54,511 nt of DNA, from positions 1 to 54,511 of IMG/VR virus record IMGVR_UViG_3300042475_000999; one strand, given 5' to 3'. The DNA is from a virus. Lineage: Duplodnaviria; Caudoviricetes. Made by a program: the position numbers and the translations under genes. Shown here piece by piece: positions 1 through 9,045 of this stretch. The notes under the pieces were generated by a model. It was not told the origin of the DNA and did no database searches. It was given only the letters and a program-made list of their open reading frames with translations. How positions within the stretch are numbered: the first letter of the stretch is position 1; every line of letters starts with the position of its first letter.

Positions 1-203
1 CGGTGACTCCAGCTGTGACCCCAGCGGTTACTCCTGCTGTTACGCCAGCTGTAACGCCAGCGGTTACTCCTGCTGTTACGCCAGCTGTGACCCCAGCGGT
101 GACTCCAGCTGTGACCCCAGCGGTTACTCCTGCTGTTACGCCAGCGGTGACTCCTGCTGTAACGCCAGCTGTAACTCCAGCTGTGACTCCTGCTGTAACT
201 CCA
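1..203 (+). repeat. 12-bp degenerate tandem repeat encoding (VTPA)n, about 16-17 units
   Basis: gtgactccagct/gttactcctgct/gttacgccagct units vary only at third codon positions. Confidence 0.95.
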
Positions 204-1115
204 ACAACTACGCCTTTGGTTGGCGTTGACTGGATTGATAGAACACCACCACCTGTAGTACCACCTGGGGCTTTGCCTGTAGTACCATCTGAGCCTCCAG
301 TAGTGCCGCCTGTTGTACCACCTGAGCCGCCTGTAGTACCACCTGAAGTTGTACCACCTGTTGATGACGTTACGACAACAGACCCTACAAAGACAACAAC
401 TACAAAGACGCCAACTACGAAGACGCCGCCTAAAAAAGAACAGCAGTCAGGCGCGCTTGGCGCGGTTACAATGCCAACAAGCACTGGCGCGTTGCCCGGG
501 ACTTTGACCCCTACAATGCTGGCTGGCGCATCTATTAAGGACAACTCTGGAATGGCGCAACTCACGCAACTTTACCCGCAACTGGCTAATGTGGACCCCA
601 CGCTGTTACAAGTCTTGACAGGCCGCATTAAACCTAATATGGCTACGGCCGCTGAAACTGAAGAAGGCACAAGCTTTGTTGGCGCCAAGCTTGCAGGCGC
701 CCCATCTCCCGGGAATCCTGTAAGCGGCAACGACAATAGCACTGTAATTCCTGGGTACGACACAGGCAATATGACAGCAGCAGGATTAAAATACCTTGGT
801 GGAAGCCCGTTAGCAGGTTACGCTAGAGGCGGCCAAGTAGAGCATATTCCCGAGTTCATCACAGGAAAGACAGGCAATTACGTGCAAGGTGCAGGTGATG
901 GCCAATCAGACAGTATTCCTGCCATGTTGGCGGATGGCGAGTACGTATTTGATGCGGATACGGTTGCAGCATTGGGTAATGGCTCAAATAAGGCTGGTGC
1001 CCAAGTTTTGGATAAAATGCGTGAAAGCATTAGAAAACATAAAAGATCAGCCCCAGTGGGTAAAATACCACCTAAAGCTAAGTCACCCCTGTCGTATTTG
1101 AAAGGCATGAAATGA
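1..1115 (+). CDS. C-terminal part of a giant low-complexity virion (probably ejected/internal) protein; 5'-truncated
   Basis: Frame is open from the window edge (the GTG at 3 is a repeat codon). VTPA and PPVV repeats are followed by YARGGQV and the GxGDGQSDSIPAMLADGEYV module typical of phage virion/tape-measure-like C-termini. Stop overlaps the next ATG (ATGA). Confidence 0.75.
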   Translation, partial: VTPAVTPAVTPAVTPAVTPAVTPAVTPAVTPAVTPAVTPAVTPAVTPAVTPAVTPAVTPAVTPAVTPTTTPLVGVDWIDRTPPPVVPPGALPVVPSEPPVVPPVVPPEPPVVPPEVVPPVDDVTTTDPTKTTTTKTPTTKTPPKKEQQSGALGAVTMPTSTGALPGTLTPTMLAGASIKDNSGMAQLTQLYPQLANVDPTLLQVLTGRIKPNMATAAETEEGTSFVGAKLAGAPSPGNPVSGNDNSTVIPGYDTGNMTAAGLKYLGGSPLAGYARGGQVEHIPEFITGKTGNYVQGAGDGQSDSIPAMLADGEYVFDADTVAALGNGSNKAGAQVLDKMRESIRKHKRSAPVGKIPPKAKSPLSYLKGMK

Positions 1116-2164
1116 GTTTAATGCAAGGCAGCCCACTGCCGAATATCACCACGACGCAGAATCAGGTAACGTCCGCCCCATCTTGGTACACCGACTATTT
1201 AAGTGACTTGGCAAAAGGCGTTACTGCAGGGGTTTCAAACGCGCAATACGCAAATGCACAGCCACTGCAAACTGCGGCTTTTGAAAAGGCTGCAACAACA
1301 ACCAATACGTACCCTGGGTACTTTACTCAAGCATTGCAATCAACGAGTGATATTGGAAAAGCAGATATTACTGCAAAGCCTGTAGATCCAAAGACAGGTC
1401 AGTTAATTCCTGACGGGCAAAGCAGAATTGAACAGTTCATGAACCCATACACAACGCAGGTTGTGGATGCATTAGGTTCATTAGGTCAACGCAATATTCA
1501 GCAATTCTTAGCCCCACAGGCTACGGCATCTGCAGTTGGCACTGGCCAATTCGGTTCTAAGCGTGGCGCCGAGGTTCTTGGTCAAGCCATTAACACCGGC
1601 TTAATGAATACGCAAGCTGCGCAGTCACAGGCATTGCAATCTGGTTATACTGAAGCGTTGCGTGCTGCACAAGCTGATCAAGCGCAAAAGCTAGGTGCTG
1701 CTCAGCAATACGGGAGTCTTGCAACTGCAGGCCAAGCCGCTAACTTGGCAGACATTAACGCGTTGGCCACCATGGGTAGTCAACAACAAACTATCAATCA
1801 AAATCAGCAACTGTTTCCATTGACAGCTGCCAACTTAGGCGCACAAGCATTGCGTGGTTACAACGTACCAACAACTGTTGCTAATACCTACACAGGCCCA
1901 ATCCCTGGAGCTTACTCTGCTTCTCCATTGGCGCAGATTGCAGGCTTAGGCTCAATCATTGGCGGCGTAAGTAATACAAACTTTGGAAAAGCGGCAGGCA
2001 ATGCGCTAAGTAAGTTCTTCAGTGGCGGTACTGGAGGTGGTGATACAAGCGGTATGGGAACTATTGATCCTAATCAAATGCCGTTTGACTATGACTGGAC
2101 TCAAGACTTCCCTACTAACTTTGGTGGTAGCGGTAGTAACTCATTTGGTGAAGGCGAGTACTAA
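1112..2164 (+). CDS. Putative DNA ejection/pilot (internal virion) protein
   Basis: Q/A/G-rich helical protein with FMNPYTTQVV and GQFGSKRG motifs and a terminal glycine-rich hydrophobic stretch (LAQIAGLGSIIGG); located after the tail genes like podovirus ejection proteins. Confidence 0.6.
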   Translation: MSLMQGSPLPNITTTQNQVTSAPSWYTDYLSDLAKGVTAGVSNAQYANAQPLQTAAFEKAATTTNTYPGYFTQALQSTSDIGKADITAKPVDPKTGQLIPDGQSRIEQFMNPYTTQVVDALGSLGQRNIQQFLAPQATASAVGTGQFGSKRGAEVLGQAINTGLMNTQAAQSQALQSGYTEALRAAQADQAQKLGAAQQYGSLATAGQAANLADINALATMGSQQQTINQNQQLFPLTAANLGAQALRGYNVPTTVANTYTGPIPGAYSASPLAQIAGLGSIIGGVSNTNFGKAAGNALSKFFSGGTGGGDTSGMGTIDPNQMPFDYDWTQDFPTNFGGSGSNSFGEGEY

Positions 2165-2166
2165 TC

Positions 2167-3726
2167 ATGGCAACACCAACAGGCGCATTACCTTCATCAA
2201 TGCCATTTATGATTGGCGGTGATGACAAGGCTAAATCAGAATATTTTGATGCAATTCAAAAGACTCTTGCAGCCTTGGAAGCAAGAACACAGCAAGGTCC
2301 TAACTTATTTCAAGTTGGCGCAGCCTTATTAGATCCCGGCCGCACAGGCAACTTTGGTGAGGCAGTTGGCAGAGCAGCAGGTGTTGTTGGTCAATACCAA
2401 GAAAAGCAACGTGAAGCTGAACTACCTATTGCGCAAATGCGTGCGCAGTTGGCTGGCCAAAAATATGAAGTAGAGAACCAAGGCAAGGCTTTGCAATTGC
2501 TTTCAGCAACATTAGGTGTTGCACCAGCGCAGGTTGAAGGCGTATTGTCAAGTGGCAATATGACTCCTGACGTGGCTGCAAAGCTTGCTAAGATCTACCC
2601 CATGGTTGCGCAGTTATCGCCTAAGGTTGGTGAAATTGTCAAAGGCACATTTACCATGCAGAATGAGATGGGCAAGCTTGGGCTTGACCGCGAGAAGTTT
2701 GTTGCTGAGCAAACTCAGCGTCAAGTTACCAACGCAGTTAAAGACCGCGAGCTTGGTATGACTGAAGCAGATCTCATTGCTAAGTATGGCGCTGACATTG
2801 TCCCACTTATGCCCGGTGGCAAACGTCTTGGCGATATACCTAAGCCTGCCCCTGCGCCAACTACAGCAATGCCCGGTGCTCCAGCGGTAATGCCCGGAGC
2901 TGCTCCAGGTCCTGTACCCGGCGCTCCAGTTCCGCCGCCTGTTGTTATGCCGTTGGTTGCGCAGCAACAAGCAGGCCAACCGCCAGCACCTGCAGTTACT
3001 GCGCAGCCGCCAATGCCTACACCCGGGCAAGCGCCTAGGGCAAGTGATTTGCAAGGTATGCCTTTGCAATCACGGGCTGAAATTGAAAAGCGTCGTGTTG
3101 AAGAGGCTGATAAGTCATTCAATCTTAAGCGTGATGAGATCCTTAACTACACGCCGCAGTTATTGGAATCATCCAATACTAACTTGAAGCAGTTGAATGA
3201 GATTGCAACGCGTAGACCGCAAATCTTTGCGATAATGCAAGAAAAAGGTTTGCTTTCTGGTTTGCTGACTGCAGCGCAAGAAGGTGCACAAGCACAAGCC
3301 GGCACTTATACTGCGCGACTTGGGTTGCCAGTTAAAGACTTTTTGCAACGCGTTAAGCTTGAGCCTGAAGATCAGCAAGCAGTTCGCGACGTAAGCCGTA
3401 TCTTGGGGACTGAATTCTTAGCCAACGTAAAAGCCAATAAGGGTTTGCTAGGTATTAACCCCACGGATAACGATGCAAGACTCTTGCAGGCGCCAATGGC
3501 AAGTATTGATGACTCATCAAAGGCTGTGCAATTATGGTCACGCCAGCAATTGCTATTGAATAAGCAGCGTGAAGCTTTGTACGGCGCCTATGATGGTTAT
3601 ACCCGTAGAGTTGGCCCCGCTGCTTCACCACGCCAATTCTTTAGCCCCGGCAGCGTGTATGAGAAGATCAATAAAGACTACGCCGATTATCGGATGCAGT
3701 TGTTCAGACAGTTTAACCCACAGTGA
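2167..3726 (+). CDS. Putative internal virion/ejection protein
   Basis: 519-aa helical protein with a Pro-rich linker, tightly coupled in the late operon; function from position only. Confidence 0.5.
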   Translation: MATPTGALPSSMPFMIGGDDKAKSEYFDAIQKTLAALEARTQQGPNLFQVGAALLDPGRTGNFGEAVGRAAGVVGQYQEKQREAELPIAQMRAQLAGQKYEVENQGKALQLLSATLGVAPAQVEGVLSSGNMTPDVAAKLAKIYPMVAQLSPKVGEIVKGTFTMQNEMGKLGLDREKFVAEQTQRQVTNAVKDRELGMTEADLIAKYGADIVPLMPGGKRLGDIPKPAPAPTTAMPGAPAVMPGAAPGPVPGAPVPPPVVMPLVAQQQAGQPPAPAVTAQPPMPTPGQAPRASDLQGMPLQSRAEIEKRRVEEADKSFNLKRDEILNYTPQLLESSNTNLKQLNEIATRRPQIFAIMQEKGLLSGLLTAAQEGAQAQAGTYTARLGLPVKDFLQRVKLEPEDQQAVRDVSRILGTEFLANVKANKGLLGINPTDNDARLLQAPMASIDDSSKAVQLWSRQQLLLNKQREALYGAYDGYTRRVGPAASPRQFFSPGSVYEKINKDYADYRMQLFRQFNPQ

Positions 3727-3734
3727 GTTGACAT

Positions 3735-4754
3735 ATGGCAAAAGACGATAAGCTAGACGCCATTATTTTTGGCGACCCACAGAGTGCACCGCAAACTGAA
3801 AGTTTAGGGGAACTCGACGACATCTTTACCATGCCAATTGGGCCTGCAAAGACTGCGCCAAGTACAACTAAAAAGCCAAAGACTTTGGCGCCTATGCTAG
3901 GTTTATCACCGGATGAAGAGAAGGCTGTTGCCACTGGCGTAGGTGCTGTGTCTGGCCCGCTTGTACAAAAAGGCATGTCAAAGCTATTGCCGACAAAGGA
4001 AATGCGAACAGCCGAAGGCGTTAAGAAACTACAGGAGGAGCAGCGTGTTAAAGACATGTTGCTAAAACTACGCGATGAAGAATTACTTAAAGCAGGTATC
4101 CAACCTGAGCAATTGGCTACGCCTAAAGCTCAAACTTCTGGCACAAAATGGTATCAAAATTGGGCAGGCGGCTCAAAAGAAATTGCAGGCGGCGTACCAG
4201 AAGCTGCAGCAACTTATCAGCGCAGTAAAGGCCAAGGCGAAGTTACCAAAAAATTAACCAAGAAGTTTGGGCCTGACATTTATAGCGCAGGTGAGCCCGG
4301 GCAAATTAAAGAATCTTTGGTGGATAGACTTATTAGACAAGGCAAGGAAGCCGAGGCTGCCACTTCTGCAAGAGCTGCTGCTACACCAGCTGCCGAAGCG
4401 GCGGCTGCTAAACGATTGGCTGATGCAACTCCAGGGCCAATGTCTAAGTTGGCAAATGTTGCCAAAGCACCACTTGTTGGCGGTGCCTTAGGCGGTGCAG
4501 GAGCTGGTATGAGCTTTTATGAAGCTTATCAGCGGTACATGAATGGCGACCGCTCTGGCATGGTGCTATCAGCTTTGGCCGGCGCTGGTGGTTTAATGTC
4601 TATGGTCCCAGGGCTTCAAATTCCAGGGCTTGCCTTAGGCTTAGGCGCCACAGGAGCTCAGTATGCTTTGGATAAGTATAATGAGCCTGCAGCGCCTAAG
4701 GTTAACCCTATGGCTTTACCCCCACCATCGGAACCGCCGGGGTCTGTGCGGTAG
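3735..4754 (+). CDS. Putative internal virion protein with C-terminal glycine-zipper hydrophobic helices
   Basis: Last gene of the rightward operon; GGALGGAGAG and LAGAGGLMSMVPG motifs; converges on the leftward arm. Confidence 0.5.
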   Translation: MAKDDKLDAIIFGDPQSAPQTESLGELDDIFTMPIGPAKTAPSTTKKPKTLAPMLGLSPDEEKAVATGVGAVSGPLVQKGMSKLLPTKEMRTAEGVKKLQEEQRVKDMLLKLRDEELLKAGIQPEQLATPKAQTSGTKWYQNWAGGSKEIAGGVPEAAATYQRSKGQGEVTKKLTKKFGPDIYSAGEPGQIKESLVDRLIRQGKEAEAATSARAAATPAAEAAAAKRLADATPGPMSKLANVAKAPLVGGALGGAGAGMSFYEAYQRYMNGDRSGMVLSALAGAGGLMSMVPGLQIPGLALGLGATGAQYALDKYNEPAAPKVNPMALPPPSEPPGSVR

Positions 4755-5046
4755 GCTCCAAGATCTCCAAGACTTTCTTAAGCAAACCAATTTGCATTTG
4801 CTTAACATCGGTGACCGACATAGTCGTGTCATCATCAAAGTCTTCTGAAGAAACCAGCCCCATGCTTGTGCGTATTTGATACGCGCAGTTCCTACGTTCC
4901 AAGATACTACCCACGTGGAAAGCCTCAATCCACACGTCATATGGATTGCTTAGCAATTCCAAATGATTAGTTTGCGTGAGTAGATCTACCCAATCTTCAT
5001 AAGATAGCTTAACCATATCTATTGGTTGCTTCATTGCTTCTTCCAC
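4708..5046 (-). CDS. Hypothetical protein
   Basis: Last gene of the leftward operon; real start may be the Met at about 5031, overlapping the upstream stop. Confidence 0.6.
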   Translation of the reverse strand: MEEAMKQPIDMVKLSYEDWVDLLTQTNHLELLSNPYDVWIEAFHVGSILERRNCAYQIRTSMGLVSSEDFDDDTTMSVTDVKQMQIGLLKKVLEILEPTAQTPAVPMVGVKP

Positions 5047-5243
5047 TTCTTGATGGAGATGAACTGCGGCACCTCGATAGGTTGGTCAAGTGCTTCAATG
5101 CCTCTGGCAGACCGCGACCTAAAGTCATACCATTTTTTGACGTAGGCAGGATCCTCGGATGGAGGAACCCAGTTATAAACACGGCGCCATCTTTCGGTGA
5201 CGCAAGTTGATGAAGGTGTATACACAAAATCTTCGGTTGTCAT
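5031..5243 (-). CDS. Hypothetical protein
   Basis: ATGA overlap with the upstream gene at 5240-5243. Confidence 0.6.
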   Translation of the reverse strand: MTTEDFVYTPSSTCVTERWRRVYNWVPPSEDPAYVKKWYDFRSRSARGIEALDQPIEVPQFISIKKWKKQ

Positions 5244-5947
5244 AAGTCTTGTCCTTTAGTTTGTAGCCACATGCGGAGGGTTGACATGCCTCCATCTATT
5301 AAAACATGATTAGGGAATGCTTGGTACTTGTGGTACAGCGGGTGGTTGATGAAGTTCTTCATCAAAAGGTATGCATTAGCTTGTGGCGGTGACATACCCA
5401 TGGCTCTGTCGGTGTCAATACATTTTACCTCGTACCGATCAGAGAATTCTTTGGTGATGGCGTGGACCTGATCACCCAGCAACCCAATGATGACTACCTT
5501 AGGCAATGTCTTGCCAGATGCGCCATACGTTGGATTGTGCTTTTCAATCTTAAACTCATGCTCAAGCTCTTTAACAGCAACTTGCAGGCTTTCACGAAGC
5601 CCCAGAATGAATCGTTGTGTAATAGTATTCACCAACTGCTCAACGAGATCAACTGGTGCATCGATTCTAGGCATCACCAGTGGCGCTGGAGGCATTATTT
5701 CCACAGGTGTGGTAGTTTCCACCACCTTTCGCTTTGGCACATCCTGCATGGCACGTACCTTAAGCTCTTTGATTAAGTCAGGCACTGCAGAATGACTTTG
5801 CATAGTACGACGACGATCAGGTGACAGTACAATTTGCGCTTGCCTAAGCGACGCAATTGGGCTGTAAGTGCCTGAGTTGTAATACTCCACAGCGGTCATG
5901 ATAACTAGATCACGTTCACGTTTTGTCCAGCGAATTTTAGGTAACAT
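5240..5947 (-). CDS. Hypothetical protein with C-terminal small Rossmann-like (DUF2325-like) domain
   Basis: Start moved to ATG 5947 (MLPKIRW) behind the GAAAGGA SD; C-terminus KVVIIGLLGDQ...YLLMKNFINH. Confidence 0.6.
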   Translation of the reverse strand: MLPKIRWTKRERDLVIMTAVEYYNSGTYSPIASLRQAQIVLSPDRRRTMQSHSAVPDLIKELKVRAMQDVPKRKVVETTTPVEIMPPAPLVMPRIDAPVDLVEQLVNTITQRFILGLRESLQVAVKELEHEFKIEKHNPTYGASGKTLPKVVIIGLLGDQVHAITKEFSDRYEVKCIDTDRAMGMSPPQANAYLLMKNFINHPLYHKYQAFPNHVLIDGGMSTLRMWLQTKGQDL

Positions 5948-5950
5948 TTC

Positions 5951-5968
5951 AATTCCTTTCAATAGTCA
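5951..5968 (-). promoter_or_regulatory. Conserved 18-bp leader motif copy 1 (TGACTATTGAAAGGAATT)
   Basis: One of four near-identical copies immediately upstream of leftward start codons; contains an SD. Confidence 0.75.
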
Positions 5969-6002
5969 ATTTACAAAAGTATGGGGGTATCCCATAACGT
6001 AA

Positions 6003-6011
6003 ATTATATCA
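6003..6011 (-). promoter_or_regulatory. Candidate extended -10 sigma70 promoter (TGATATAAT)
   Basis: Perfect TGnTATAAT on the minus strand, about 55 nt upstream of the 5947 start, followed by a small hairpin (atggg-n5-cccat at 5981-5995). Confidence 0.5.
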
Positions 6012-6186
6012 CGTCTTTTGTACTTATTACATCTTGCCAAACCATGGCCGAAGCCATTTCCACTTTTAGAGCGGCCAATGCCGTCAGTATGTCCTCCATT
6101 TGATAACCGTCACGAATAAGTTCAAAAACAAATATTCTAAGTTCTTTTTGAACAGCGAATGATAAATCTACACGTTCGATAGCCAT
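6004..6186 (-). CDS. Small hypothetical protein
   Basis: Fills the gap in the operon and overlaps the end of the TS-like gene. Confidence 0.55.
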   Translation of the reverse strand: MAIERVDLSFAVQKELRIFVFELIRDGYQMEDILTALAALKVEMASAMVWQDVISTKDVI

Positions 6187-6950
6187 TTTGCAAACTCAAA
6201 AGTAGGGTTGATGGATTTGCCTGCCAAAAGGTTGGCCTCGTACCGGTTGATACGTGGGGGCTTGTCTTCAACTGGCAAATGCAAATTAGCGTTAATGATG
6301 TCATTGAACATGGTCAATCGAGACTCATAGACGTGGAAAGAACCTGCAGATATTGTCAATGTTCCCATCTCAGCGCCAACCAAGTTAGCCACAATTTCCT
6401 GCAGAAAGCTGAAAGTTGGCAAGTCATTTGCCATGCCCCAAAGAATATCTTGGCTACGCATGATAGCTCTGGCGTTCAATCTGCCATTCCTGATTCTGAA
6501 CTCAATGGCCAGCGTGCATGGAACATCCTTTGCCTCTATATCCATATGGTCTATGTCAGTGCCATACATTGGAATCACAGCACGGCGGGACATTGGATCT
6601 TGCGTAAGCAACTTTGCAATATGCAGAGCGCCGTGTTTGCCAAACCAATAACTGCCGTAGTTGCTATTCAACTTGCCGTTGGCTACGATCTTGCCCCACT
6701 GCGCAGCGTGATCAGCAATGCTAAGATCATACGGGTCAGCCTTGATGTACCAAGCCATTTCGCGCTTAAGGTACTTCACATTGAAGTTACGACCTTTGAA
6801 TGAGTTGAACCTTACAAAGGGGTTGACCGTGTAAGTAAAGTTTTCAATCTCAAGGCATTTTTCGCCGCGTGGACTTGTCCAAGTGCCATGCTTTTGCAGC
6901 ACGTTGTAAAGATTGATGAGCTCAGGCTCATTGCGAATCAGCATTTCCAT
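6168..6950 (-). CDS. Thymidylate synthase-superfamily enzyme, dCMP hydroxymethylase-like
   Basis: Catalytic DVPC, SRRAVI and MRSQDILWGMAND (Asp at the specificity position, as in T4 gp42 RSND..FGFRND) plus SFHVYE. Confidence 0.8.
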   Translation of the reverse strand: MEMLIRNEPELINLYNVLQKHGTWTSPRGEKCLEIENFTYTVNPFVRFNSFKGRNFNVKYLKREMAWYIKADPYDLSIADHAAQWGKIVANGKLNSNYGSYWFGKHGALHIAKLLTQDPMSRRAVIPMYGTDIDHMDIEAKDVPCTLAIEFRIRNGRLNARAIMRSQDILWGMANDLPTFSFLQEIVANLVGAEMGTLTISAGSFHVYESRLTMFNDIINANLHLPVEDKPPRINRYEANLLAGKSINPTFEFAKWLSNV

Positions 6951-7869
6951 AATCAGCTTCCGTAATTAAATAGGGTTGGTCGGGGTAATGTTGCATGTGA
7001 TACAAAGGGGGTGGTAATTTAATTACAGGCACTTCATTGTTTAATGCCCATGTGTAGGCATTGTTGCCAAGGGCGTAAATACGTTTTGGCTTCAACTGTT
7101 TGATGAAGCTTGAATCCATAGGTGTGCCTTGGTAAGTTTGAGTGTTAACCCAGTACAAACCAGTTTCAGGTACATTCTCACGCTCCAAGGTTTCAGCCAG
7201 CATTCTGCTAGGGCCATCATTATCCAAGAAGTTAATGAAAGGCACCACGGCTGCGGTGGACTTAACATTTGTGCGAGGCCCCTTGTCGCAAAGCATTAGT
7301 GTATTGCCTTCAACAAAGGCGCCGCCACCGGATGATTTGTTAGTCATTGTCTTGGTTGCAAGCTTAATGAACAACTCTTCTATATCATCTTTGGTATAGT
7401 CGTAGGTGATGACTGGCAGTGAGGTATCCATAGGCAGTGAGGAATAGCCTTCATACACTTGTTCCAATTGTTTGATATTGTCTAAGTACTCATCCTCAAT
7501 GCGATCTTTGAATGTTTGCATACACACTTCAAAATCAGGTTGACAATGAATAACCACAACGCCTCGTGCCAAGGCTGCACGCTCTAACATTCTACGGCGC
7601 GGCATATCAATGCGGTTATCGCCTTTACGATACACGCTGCCATAGATTGGCTCAGACAGCCATGACCTATCCATGATGACGTGGTCATCATAGGTCAACG
7701 CCGCTGTCATGCCGCGAAAATACGTACGGCAAAGGTCCTCGGTATTCATACCACGATAAGGACCATGCTTTACGACATGGGTCATCTTGTCCTTTTGCAA
7801 TCGTTGTCGCAAGGTCTCTGACAGGGTAGTCTTTCCCCCGCCATCAGCCCCTTCTAGAATTACGATCAT
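6928..7869 (-). CDS. dNMP (thymidylate kinase-like) kinase fused to a degenerate UDG-superfamily domain
   Basis: N-terminal ILEGADGGGKTT P-loop and DRSWLSEPIYG; C-terminal VPF..GPSRML..YWVN..PKRIYALGNNA..LPPPLY follows the UDG-fold pattern. Confidence 0.75.
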   Translation of the reverse strand: MIVILEGADGGGKTTLSETLRQRLQKDKMTHVVKHGPYRGMNTEDLCRTYFRGMTAALTYDDHVIMDRSWLSEPIYGSVYRKGDNRIDMPRRRMLERAALARGVVVIHCQPDFEVCMQTFKDRIEDEYLDNIKQLEQVYEGYSSLPMDTSLPVITYDYTKDDIEELFIKLATKTMTNKSSGGGAFVEGNTLMLCDKGPRTNVKSTAAVVPFINFLDNDGPSRMLAETLERENVPETGLYWVNTQTYQGTPMDSSFIKQLKPKRIYALGNNAYTWALNNEVPVIKLPPPLYHMQHYPDQPYLITEADYGNADSQ

Positions 7870-8755
7870 TTAAGATACCCTCAAGTTTTGATAGTGTGTC
7901 TTCAAGCGACGCGGTGCGCAAGTAAGTTGCCTGCTGCGCTGCAGTCAGTTGAAGTTGGTAATCATCCATGCTTTCTAATTCATGGAGTGTGTAATCATAC
8001 GATGGATCAATGACGCCAAGCTCTTTGGGGTCGCCACCAAGAACGCAGCCGGCATGCGCTGCGTGTAAATAACGAATACGCCACCAGCCGCAGCCTGCAT
8101 GCTTATACGTAGGGCAAAGAACGCCTTTATAACTGCCATACTGCCAAACAACATCGGACTCAAGGATTCTAGGCTGACCTAGTGCCTTGCCACCTACACT
8201 ATGTATAGGCCATGCAAGGTGCTGTGCCGTAGCCCAATCATGCGCCTCCTTTGAAAGGGATGCGTTGTACCACTCGGTTTTGCGACGATCCCAAGACATT
8301 TGATGCACAGCAGGCATTTCATACAGCGGGCTTGGATCCCATGCAATAATGTCTTCTACTGGCAAGCCCATGGCCTTGGTGCTGCCCCATGGAAATAATG
8401 GCGCAATCCATGTATGCTCACACAACGACTCGGGTGCAATCTTACTTTCCCATGATGGTAGGATCTTTTGGAAAGCCCAATCATCAAGGCAAACATAAGC
8501 ATCAAAGCGGCTTTCTAAGGCCCACAAGGCACCCTCGGGATCCAAAGCATTGTGATCCAAGGGGTATAGGTACACAAACACTTTGTCGTAACGGGTGAGG
8601 TCTTCACCTGATGTAACGGCACGATGATCAACATGATGCCCCATACGGCCAAAGGCTGATGCCATCAATTCAGGAATGGAAACAAACTTGGTTGAACTGG
8701 CACGCTGCGGATGGTTGGTATGCGTCTCTGTAACGCCGGTAATTAAGATATTCAT
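7844..8755 (-). CDS. Putative GT-B fold (DNA) glycosyltransferase
   Basis: N-terminal MNILITG...MGHHVD...YDKVFVY Rossmann start; C-terminal YKGVLCPTY..GWWRIRYLHAAHAGCVL resembles the GT-B donor-binding segment; adjacent to the hydroxymethylase and kinase. Confidence 0.6.
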   Translation of the reverse strand: MNILITGVTETHTNHPQRASSTKFVSIPELMASAFGRMGHHVDHRAVTSGEDLTRYDKVFVYLYPLDHNALDPEGALWALESRFDAYVCLDDWAFQKILPSWESKIAPESLCEHTWIAPLFPWGSTKAMGLPVEDIIAWDPSPLYEMPAVHQMSWDRRKTEWYNASLSKEAHDWATAQHLAWPIHSVGGKALGQPRILESDVVWQYGSYKGVLCPTYKHAGCGWWRIRYLHAAHAGCVLGGDPKELGVIDPSYDYTLHELESMDDYQLQLTAAQQATYLRTASLEDTLSKLEGILNDRNSRRG

Positions 8756-9024
8756 GGCAATGCAAGCGTGATGTAGCCCTCAGCAGCATCGTGATTCACA
8801 TCACCTGATCTGCCACCTGCTTGGATGTATTCAGCAACTGTCATGCCAGTGCGGTACAAAGCAAAACGTTCACGTGACAACGTGTTGTTACGCTTTGGGT
8901 TGGTTTCTGCAACCAAAGTAATGATTGCTTTTTTGTTTGCACGGGCGCGTAGCTTTGCTTCTGACATGTCAGTATCTTCCTGTTGGATGGGGTTAGGTCT
9001 TTCGACAATAGGCGTAAATTGCAT
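8752..9024 (-). CDS. Small conserved-looking phage protein (NPKR...F..Y..GMTV.EY...GG...D...D...GYI)
   Basis: ATG at 9024 behind motif copy 2 (alternative internal start MSEAK); ATGA-coupled to the glycosyltransferase. Confidence 0.65.
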   Translation of the reverse strand: MQFTPIVERPNPIQQEDTDMSEAKLRARANKKAIITLVAETNPKRNNTLSRERFALYRTGMTVAEYIQAGGRSGDVNHDAAEGYITLALP

Positions 9025-9027
9025 ATA

Positions 9028-9045
9028 AATTCCTTTCAATGGTCA
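9028..9045 (-). promoter_or_regulatory. Conserved 18-bp leader motif copy 2 (TGACCATTGAAAGGAATT)
   Basis: Overlaps the helicase stop codon and precedes the modification cluster. Confidence 0.75.

Noticed and set aside
1-203. Tandem repeat as a CRISPR array
   Set aside because: 12-bp units without spacers that vary only at wobble positions: a coding repeat.
819-1115. Tape measure protein / siphovirus assignment from the SDSIPAML.DGEYV module
   Set aside because: No tail tube, terminator or tail chaperone genes; the adaptor/nozzle/ejection set indicates a short tail.
6168-6950. Ordinary thyA
   Set aside because: Lacks the PFN Asn (has AND) and sits with a kinase and glycosyltransferase, so the symbol was withheld.
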